A stretch of 64,000 nt of DNA from Basidiobolus meristosporus CBS 931.73 (Eukaryota; Fungi; Basidiobolomycota): contig MCFE01000123.1 of assembly GCA_002104905.1 (NCBI GenBank), positions 97,574 to 161,573 of the forward strand. The letters are read 5' to 3'. Shown here one piece after another: positions 52,746 to 61,478 of the stretch (its first letter is position 1; every line of letters begins with the position of its first letter). A model generated the notes under the pieces. It saw only the letters and a program-made list of their open reading frames with translations, searched no databases and was not told where the DNA came from. Made by a program: the position numbers and the translations under genes.

Positions 52746-53282
52746 TTATTCGTCGTCTTGCCCTTCATATACATTTTGGTAAAACTTGTTAAGGTTATCA
52801 TGCACATACGAAACGAAGTTCGAAAAGGGAGCCTTGGTAACTTCATTCTCGACATTCTGATTGTTTACCATGTGACGAGCAGCACCAAAAGCTGCTGATT
52901 TTGCATTAAAGTTTACAAATATATAGTCATATTCACTATAACCTGCCAAGCACAACCAGTCTTGGCCACCACAGGAGTCTTTACCGTGTTCTTCGGCCCA
53001 TTCTTTTCGAAGCTCATCTCCACCAATCACGTCCAAAGTAGTTTGAACAATGCTTTCAGGTCTGTAAATGTTAAAACCAAACACGTTGTAATGGTCATTA
53101 ACGAGGTGCCATTCGGAAGCAATCTTCCACATTTCCTTTAATTCCTCAGGAATGGCAGGGTTGGAAACACCGCTTTGCTCCATTGCCTTGACAAGCTCTT
53201 CAAAGTCATGTTCTTGGGCTGGTTCGCTATTGTCTTTGAAATGTTCAGCAAGGTTTTGGAGAGGTGGGTATGAGTTGACCAT
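52746..53282 (-). CDS. Acidic 178-aa protein, SMI1/KNR4 (SUKH)-like, intronless
   Basis: IPEELKEMW, GFNIYRPESI, WLCLAGYSEYDYIFVNF, FGAARH and PFSNFV fit my recollection of the SUKH pattern; no profile search run. Confidence 0.5.
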   Translation of the reverse strand: MVNSYPPLQNLAEHFKDNSEPAQEHDFEELVKAMEQSGVSNPAIPEELKEMWKIASEWHLVNDHYNVFGFNIYRPESIVQTTLDVIGGDELRKEWAEEHGKDSCGGQDWLCLAGYSEYDYIFVNFNAKSAAFGAARHMVNNQNVENEVTKAPFSNFVSYVHDNLNKFYQNVYEGQDDE

Positions 53283-53792
53283 AGTGAAATAGAAGAGCTT
53301 GGATCGTAAGCTTAATTCATGCTGAATATTAGTATTAATTAATCACATCTTTAAAATTTCGCGCGAAGTAAAATGCTGGCAAACGTTGTCGACTTGATCT
53401 GAATTCATTGCTGAAATAACTTGTAATGTTTGTCTACTCCAGTGGCAGGATTGAGAATTGTCAGACATCCATGATAGATTACCGAAGATGGAAGGTTTAC
53501 CATCATTCCGAGTGATTACCCTTGTTCCGTAGGTGGCCTATTCACATTCGCTCAGAACCTTCGATGCGCCACAATCCACTCTTATCTTTTTGACATGCAA
53601 ACCGTTTTTATCTTCCTGCTATACAATCCACTTTTGTGCTCTTGATTTACAATTCACTCTTCAATTCTTGATAAGGGACATTGGCACATTTACAATGCTC
53701 ACTAATCTTCCTCATATGGTAAGTCTATATCCCATGATATGGTTCATATATTTTCCATAAACTGTTATATATACGTATGGTAGCTCCATGAT

Positions 53793-54485
53793 ATGTCATC
53801 AATGAACATAGTTCTAGTCCACGGTGCTTGGGCTGATGGCTCTAACTGGAGTGGAGTCATCCCAGCTTTGCTGAAGTCCGGTCATAATGTGATTTCTGCT
53901 CAATTGCCTCTGACTTCACTCGCTGACGACGTGAACAGGGTCAGGCAACTACTAGATCGTATCCAAGGCCCCACCATCCTTGTTGGCCATTCCTATGGCT
54001 GTGCTGTAATCACTGGTGCTGGAACTGGTGTCAGTCATGTTGTTGGTCTAGTATTCATTGCTGGGTTTGCTCTCGATGAAGGCGAATCATTAGCAGATAT
54101 CTTCTCCAAATATCCAGCATTGGAGAGTGGACAGTACATCAAACCCGACTCGCACGGCTTCCTCTGGGTTGAACCGGAACATTATCCCCAGTATTTTGCC
54201 GCCGACGTAAGTCCAGAGAAAGCAGCAGTGATGGCAGCAGTTCAGAATCCAATCTCAGGCCAAGCATTCACTGACAAGAGTGGACCACCAGCTTGGAAGA
54301 GCCTACCATCTTGGTACCAGGTTTCGGAAAACGACCTAATGATCCCTCCCGAGGCTGAATGGATGATGGCCAAACGCGCGAACTCTACTACCATCTCGCT
54401 CCCTGCCAGTCACTCCTCCCTAGTTAGCCATGCCAAGGAAGTGGCGGAATTCATTTTACAGGCTGTACGAGATTGCACAAGATAG
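53793..54485 (+). CDS. Alpha/beta hydrolase (bacterial-type), intronless
   Basis: IVLVHGAWADGS, GHSYG nucleophile elbow, ENDLMIPP and ASHSS (Ser-Asp-His triad). Confidence 0.9.
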   Translation: MSSMNIVLVHGAWADGSNWSGVIPALLKSGHNVISAQLPLTSLADDVNRVRQLLDRIQGPTILVGHSYGCAVITGAGTGVSHVVGLVFIAGFALDEGESLADIFSKYPALESGQYIKPDSHGFLWVEPEHYPQYFAADVSPEKAAVMAAVQNPISGQAFTDKSGPPAWKSLPSWYQVSENDLMIPPEAEWMMAKRANSTTISLPASHSSLVSHAKEVAEFILQAVRDCTR

Positions 54486-54729
54486 GTCAAATATCATTTG
54501 ATTTATTAGCAACGGAATCTTGAATATTGCTTATCATAAGCTCCAGGTTGCGGTAGTAGTGAATGCTCCCCTGGCTGTAGACAGTCTATGAAGAGGCTAT
54601 ACTTATTATTATAGCTTCTGAAGTAATTTGATGCCATAGAATGCTGAATAAATCTGTAATACTCGAGATGCTGCTTAGCAAATATCGGGCAAAGGAATGA
54701 TTGTCATAATATTTAGATGATAAACATAC

Positions 54730-55947
54730 TGTTGTAAATTTAGTAATCACACATAAGTATTCACTCAACTTAGTCACTTGGATCATAGTCTACTAATCTT
54801 TGAGAACTCTGCCCAAATTCCTTGTCCAGATTTACTTGGAATATTATCACCAAATCATCAAGTACCCACAACATGAAAAATCTCAGATGTTCAAACAGCT
54901 CCAGACTTGGCACACATGTTCTTGGAGCCTTCCTAAGCATGCTCTACATGTTTGTTTGGCAAAGACCATGTAAAAGTATAAATACTACTTTATATGCAAT
55001 AAATCCTCAAGCAAAACTGTTGTAAAAATTTGGATTTCCACCTAAATATTCACCTAACTTAGTCACTTAGATTATTACCTTCAAATCCTAGAGAATACTG
55101 ACCAAATTCCTTGTTGGGATTTACTTAGAAGATTTACCCAGAACATGAAAATTCTCAAGGTTGTGCAAAAAGCCTCAAACTTTGCACACATGTGCTTGGG
55201 ACCTTCCTAAACCTAATCTACATGTTTGCTATTCCAGGATCATGTAAAAGTATAAATACTACTTTTACATGTAATAATGTTGTAAAAAGACGTAATTCCA
55301 CCTAGACATTCACCTAACTTAGTCACTTGGATCATTACCTCCAAATCCTAGAGAATACTGACCAAATTCCTTGTTGCAATTTACTTGGAATATTTACCCA
55401 GAACATGAGAATTCTCAAAGTTGTCCAAACAGCCCCAACCTTTGCACACATATTCTTGGGACATTCCTAAGCCTATTCTATGTGTTTTTAATGCCAAAAC
55501 CATGTAAAAGTATAAATACTACTTTAACATTCAATCAATCATTAAGTGAAAAACCACATAATCTACTTGTCCACCCAATCACTTCCAATATCTCCAAGAC
55601 TCTTACAACAGGTTATGAGCCCTAAGCTGTCACTCTCTGCAATGTCTACTACTGCTATTACTGGAATTTTCCCCTTTGCTGAAAAGTTGGATGGATCTAC
55701 CTACCAAGTGTGGGAGTTGAAGATGAAGATTCTGCTACAAGAAACAGGCCTTTGGGATATTGTCATGGGAGAAGAATGCCCTCCTAAAAACATGGGAGCA
55801 GAAGCCTTAAAGCACCAGAAGAAAGTGTTGTAAGAGTCTTGGAGATATTGGAAGTGATTTGGAGAACATGTAGATTATGTGGTTCTCACTTATTGATTTA
55901 TTGAATGTCAAAGTAGTATTTAGACTTTTACATGGTCTTGGCTTAAC
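54730..55947. mobile_element. Stack of Copia LTR pieces: truncated LTRs from 54730 and 55018, complete LTR 55278-55610 with PBS and gag start, inverted LTR piece 55826-55947
   Basis: Each starts TGTTGTAA and matches the LTR at 670-1018; PBS GGTTATGAGCCC at 55611-55622; gag-like AITGIFPFAEKLDGSTYQVW. Confidence 0.9.
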
Positions 55948-56100
55948 TTAGGGTTTAGGGGAGGGAAAGTCACCAAAGTAGGTGAAATCTTTATTTGATT
56001 TCAGACAAGTCTAACTACAAATAAAGAAGCCAGCTGGGAATAGAAGATTCCCAAAGTAAACACCAAGTTGAATATGAATAAATCTAAGCTAAAGTTAAGG
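55948..56100 (-). mobile_element. Short 3' stub of the telomeric retroelement family (insertion A)
   Basis: TTAGGGTTTAGGG, then shared tail GAGGGAAAGTCACC-AAAGTA-GGTGAAATCTTTATTT...AAAGAAGCCA. Confidence 0.75.
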
Positions 56101-56103
56101 CAG

Positions 56104-58114
56104 TAGGGGAGGGAAAGTCACCAAGTTGGTGAAATCTTTATTTGAGTTAAGTACTAATCTAGGTGCAAATAAAGAAGCCAATTAAGAGGTCTAGAACCTC
56201 TCTAATAAGTAATCTAATTTATGTTTTGTTTCATCTCTAATGTTTGTTTCAATAAAGTAAAGCTCATCAGGGGTAAATATAAAATTCAGGGGTTTTGGGG
56301 GAAGTACAAATTGTAGATGTTTCTGATCAATATAATCCAAGACTGGAACCCAGCCTGGGATTAGGTGTAGTAGGAAAGGTGTGTGGACTTGTAAGTAGCT
56401 CTGCCACATAGATCTTAGATGGTCCTGAGCCAGTAGTCTTGGTTTCTCAGCTTTTTGAAGTTTTGAAGCAAGCTCTGTTACTACAGCAGAGCCAACCAGG
56501 GTGTGCCAGCAAGAAGATTTCAGGGAGGAGTTAGATTGAAGCCATTGTTTGATGGAGGGGTTATGTGATTTCTGAAGTTTGACTAGGAAGGAAGCACGGA
56601 GATAGACCATTCGGATTTGGTATGGGTAGAAGCCAAAGGCTCCATTAGTTGCATGGATATAGGGAGATACTGGAAGATAAGGTACCAAGGATCTGATACA
56701 CTGATGGAGAAATTTATCCAGGCGGTGAAGTTCTCTGGAGGTTAGGGGTATAATGTGGAGACCAAATTCAAGTACCAGCAGTACATACTGCTTCAGAAGT
56801 ATAGGGATCTTTTGAATTGGAGTGTCTGGAGTGACTACTACCAGAAGCTTTTTGAGAGCCTGCTGGGCAAGATGGATCCTATTATTCAGGTGGAGCTTTG
56901 AGTCAATCCCATGTTGACAAAACGGCAGACCTAGATATATTGCAGTTTGTTGTGGCAGAATGCTAGTGTTCTGTATAGTTGTAGTGCATCCAATTGGGAC
57001 TGTCTTGGAAATTGAGAGTGAGAGGTTGTTGGCAGCCAAGTACTTCTCAATGATGGCAGTGTCTGCTATGGGATTAGGAGTAGCAATCTTGATATCATCC
57101 GCATAGAGGGTTAGTAGTGGATAGGGAGAGTCTGGTGAGGGGCCTTTTGGAAATAAAGGAAAGTCATGCAGGAATATCACAAATAGTAAGGGACCTAGTA
57201 CAGATCCTTGCACTACTCCATTTGGAACCTCATAAGTCTCTGATGTACAACTTGGATGCAAAATTTTGGCTGAGTTCTCACAAAATAGAGAACATACAAG
57301 AAGGGTCATTGGTAGTGTGGTAACTGCTAATAGCTTTCTCCAAAGCAGAGCTCTGTCCACAGAGTCAAAGGCTTTAGTAATGTCAAACAGAATGGTTGGC
57401 AATGAGAATTGAAGTGAACGATCATGGCTTAGCACTACAGCCATATCCAAGGAGAGTTTGGGCAAGAAGCCAAACTGAGAAGGATGGAATGGATATAGTT
57501 GAGATTGCAAGGATCTTGCTATTATAAGCTCAAAGATTTTCTGGCAGGTTGGTAGGAGTGAAACTGGCTGGTAAGAACCTGGGAGTGAGTGTTTCCCCTT
57601 CCCTTTGTATAAGGGTATTACATTTGCCTGTGACCAGACCTTTGGGGTGTCAATTGTTGGGCACAGATAGAGTAGAATGGGAGAAGTAAGTGACTCATTT
57701 TGGAGTAGCACACCCGGAGTAGATTGTAGGTAATCAAGTCATGTCCAGGTGCAGTATTTGCAGGAAGCTTCTTTAAAATTTTCTCCAGAAGCTTTGCTGA
57801 AACCAAAATTGGAGATGTTGGACTGCTAGATATGTTACCAGTATGGTAGAAAGGAGGAGTGGGATGCACGGTTGAATCAAAGAATATAGGGGCCAGTTTG
57901 TCTGGTGATGGTATACTCCTTGCTTGGGGTCTCATGGCTTTATATACTCTTGATATGGACCTTGTGGTGGCATTCATATTTACTAAGGGCAAGGTATCCA
58001 TGATATGAGCCCATAATCTAGTATGCTCAGTGATCTGTAGTGACTTGGAGTAGGAGATTGCGCTTTCCAGGAGGTTCTGTGTTTTTGGGTTAAGGAAACA
58101 TAGGTAGCTGGAAT
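56104..58114 (-). mobile_element. 5'-truncated non-LTR retrotransposon (insertion B): RT domain and 3' tail, no endonuclease or ORF1
   Basis: ORFs 57618..58001 and 56191..57711 with TAPGHD, YQPVSLL, FDITKAFDSVDR, GVVQGSVLGP, YADD (57094-57105); shared tail at 56104-56143; TTAGGG tract follows at 58115. Confidence 0.92.
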
Positions 58115-58140
58115 TTAGGGTTAGGGTTAGGGGTTAGGGG
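58115..58140 (+). repeat. Interstitial telomeric tract (similar short tracts at 55948, 58639, 63057, 63217, 63752)
   Basis: TTAGGG TTAGGG TTAGGGG TTAGGGG. Confidence 0.95.
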
Positions 58141-58638
58141 GAGGAAAGTCACCAAGTGGTGAAATCTTTATTTACTTATGACAAGTATCTAAAGAAGCCA
58201 AGTTAATCTGAAGTAATTCCTAGAAAGCTAGGTCTGAGAGATATCTTCCTGGTAAGCCAGGTCTGAGAGTTGAGAAGCTGAGTGGTACTATATTTCCTAG
58301 TTAGCTAGGTCTGAGAGAGGTTTCCTGGAAAGCCAGGCCTGAGAAGTGAGAATCTGAATATATCTGAGCTAAGTTTACTGGTTTGCGGTAGCTGAATTGT
58401 GGCCGGAATGGCCAGTAGACTGGGGGAACTGAGATGAATTTCTGGGCGATCACTGGCCAAATTTACTAGGCAAATCTGACCAATTAGCATTTCAAGGATT
58501 TCAGCCAATCAGAGCCTTTACTTTGCCCGATGGTTGATCAAGCCATCTCCCAATGAGCACACATCAATTTATTGATCAAATTTTGCTGGATCCAGGATTT
58601 GAACCCACAACCATGGGTATGGAAGGGTTAGGGATAAC
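58133..58638 (-). mobile_element. Non-coding tRNA-headed SINE-like element, copy 1 (head truncated, A-box lost)
   Basis: About 98% identical to 63226-63730 by eye; B-box GGTTCAAATCC at 58605-58595; 3' tail shared with the LINEs. Confidence 0.8.
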
Positions 58639-58708
58639 TTAGGGTTAGGGGGGGAGACAGTCACCAACAGGTGAAATCTTTATTTCAGTTGAAACAAAGA
58701 AGCCAGCG

Positions 58709-61478
58709 CTACTGTTGTAGCTTTGATACAAGAGTGTGGAGCTGAGGGGAATTTGTAGGTAAGTTAATAAGAAGTGATGATAGTTCTTCAGTGCTCAAGA
58801 CACTGTTCAGTGGGAAGGGGGGTAGCAAGAGAGGTAAGAATGACTTGTGAACAACATTAATGAGGGGAATGTGATAAGGATTGATATTCATCATAAAGGG
58901 AGTGTGCTGCTGCAGATATTGCTGCCAAAGGTCTGTCAAGTACTTCAGGTAGGCCAGCTTGGGTTTTTCTGACTGCAGAATATAGTGAGCAAACTTCTTG
59001 ACTTCAGGATCTCCAAGTATAGTTCTCCAGCAGGAGCCAGGTGTTGTGTGGTGTGTTCTCTTCCAGGCCTTAATCAGTGGGTTGTTGCAGTTGTGAAGTC
59101 TGAGGTATAATCTGGTTCTAAGGTAGAGAAGTCTGATCTTATGGGCATAAACCCAAAAGCACCAAGAATAGCATGTCTGTAGGGGCATTCAGGCAAATGA
59201 GGCACCAAGGAGGTAATGCACCATACTGCAAACTTGTCAAGCTTAGTGCAGTCTCTAGAAGTAAGAGAGAGAAGTGGTAAGCCAAATTCCAGGACAGGGA
59301 AGACAAACTGCTTGAGTAGAAGGAGGCAGCTGGGAGCTGAAGTTGTAGGAGGAGTAACAGCCAGTAGCTTGTGGAGTGCCTGTCTTGCCAGGATAATTCT
59401 CTTCTTCAGGTGTGCTCCAGAGTCTAGTCCAGTAGGAAGGAAAGGAAAGCCAAGATATGTAGCAGAAACCTGAGCAGGTAGAGTGGAGTTCTCCAAGTTG
59501 ATGGGAGAGCCCAAAGGTACTGTCTTTGCAATGGAAAGCTGGAGATTATTCTTCTGCAGATACTGGTGGATGGTCTGGGAGTCTTGTTGCACATTGGAGG
59601 AGGATATTCTGATGTCATCAGCAAAGAGAGTAACCAGGCAGTCAGCTGAGAGTCTTGGGAAATCATTCAGGAAGATGGCAAACAGTATAGGACCAAGCAC
59701 AGAGCCTTGAACCACTCCATTAGGAACTGAGAACACAGCTGATTGCTCACTTGGGTGCAGAATTCTTGCTTGTGGATCCAAAACAGAGACCTGACAAGGA
59801 GGGTGAGAGAGGTACTGGAGAAGCATTGCAACTTGGACCAAAGCAGATTTCTGTCAACTGAATCAAAGGCCTTAGTAATATCAAACAGAACAGAGGGATA
59901 CTTGCACTGGAGAGAGTGATCTTGGCTAAGTATGACTGCATATTCCAAGGAGAGGCCAGGAACAAAGCCAAACTGTGCAGGATGAAACTTGAGGGAGTCA
60001 GAGTAGAGCTCCTGAGCAAGCAGAAGCTCAAACACCTTTCTGCAGGTGGGCAGCAGAGATATTGGCCTGTAGGAGCTAGGATCCAGGTGCTTTCCTTTAC
60101 CCTTGTACAGTGGCAGAACATTTGCAAAGGACCATTCCTCAGGAGTAGAAAGCTGGGCTGAGCATTGCTGAAACAGTGGAAGCAGAAGTGCAGACATGGC
60201 CTTGGTACTAGTCTTCAGAAGCTCATAAGAGATTGTGTCCACACCTGGAGCAGTAGAGTTGGGAAGCCTCTTGAGCACATAATGGATTCTCCTTTGATCA
60301 AGTGCAAGTGGGATGGGCAGAGTCTTGAAGTCAGGATGAAAGCCAGGAGTTGAGTACTGCCTTTGTAGAGAAGAAGATGTTAGCCAGCTGTTCTGTTGAA
60401 GGTAACTTCCTGGAAGAGGGCCTCATTGCCCTGTAGAGTCTTGATACTGTTCTTGTTATAGAGTTGGAAGATTGCAGAGGCAAGGAACTCATAATATGAT
60501 CCCAGAGCTGAGTATGCAGAGTGTGGTGAATTGCCTTGGAGTGGTGTATTGCTGTCAGGAGGAGTTTCTCTGTTTTTGGGTTAGGGAAAGCTCAGGTAGC
60601 TTTGTTGCAGGGCTGAAACAATGGATTCCCATTTTCTTGAGGTAACAGCAGTAGTCTTGCATGGCAGTGAGAGGGAGGCAGACACCAGAATCAGATGCTT
60701 CACAAAGAGCCAGGCAAAGTTGAGATCATCTGGCAGAGAAAGTAGCAAACTGGCAAGCTTCAAGTAGTTCCCAAAGTCTTTCTTCTGATTCTTGGTAGCT
60801 TTGTGGGTGAGACACAGTAAGTTTTGGCAGCTTCTTCTTCACAACTGGTTGCATAGAAAGGGACCAGGCTGGGTGGTCAGAGGCTCTCAAGGATCCTAGC
60901 TCAGCTCCAGAGAATTGCTTAACTTCATTCACAAAGTAGAGGGCAGCAGCAGAAGGGCAGATCCAGTCAACACATCTTTTCTCAGATTGAGCACCTAGTG
61001 CTAGCAGATGGCTTTCTCTCAGGAAGTTCAGTAGGAATGTAGACCTTGGCTTCATTCTTGCAGTCAGAGTAGTCTTGTTCTCAGGATGGGGAATGTTGAG
61101 ATCTCCAAGCAAGATAACAGGTGTTGATATAGATTGTTGGTATTGCTGAACCTTCTGGCATATAACTTGCACTTCCTGAAGGGCAAGACTTGGAGGCAGA
61201 TAGCAGAGCACCAGACTGATAGTTGGCAACTGGAGAGCAGCACAGTAAGGGGAGTAAAGAGGAACACAGAGCTGAGGAGTATTGATGGTAGAAGAGATGA
61301 AGCAGATAGAGGAGGTATTCTTTGTTCTAGGAGTAGAAAAGCAATATAGATTAGTCAAAAGTATAGAGGGTAGCTGGACATCAATCAAACACAGGAGGGA
61401 AAATCTTGAAAGAAGTCTCTCTAGAGTTGGTCTTGATGGCTGTATGCTGTTGCAGTTAAGCAACAGAACTTCAGGTAG
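58709..61478 (-). CDS. LINE ORF2: AP endonuclease plus reverse transcriptase, about five frameshifts in this assembly
   Basis: APE motifs LLNCNSI, LCYLPP, LLGDLN, VDWI, SDH; RT motifs TAPGVD, YRPISLL, FDITKAFDSVDR, GVVQGSVLGP, FADD (59614-59625). Confidence 0.9.

Noticed and set aside
58219-58337. CRISPR-like repeat-spacer array
   Set aside because: Eukaryotic context, only four short hairpins, and the spacers are themselves duplicated.
58709-60790. Reading ORF2 frameshifts as proof that LINE D is dead
   Set aside because: Indels near 60770, 60585, 60350, 59780 and 59130 could be long-read errors in repetitive DNA; ORF1 and APE are intact. Needs accurate reads.
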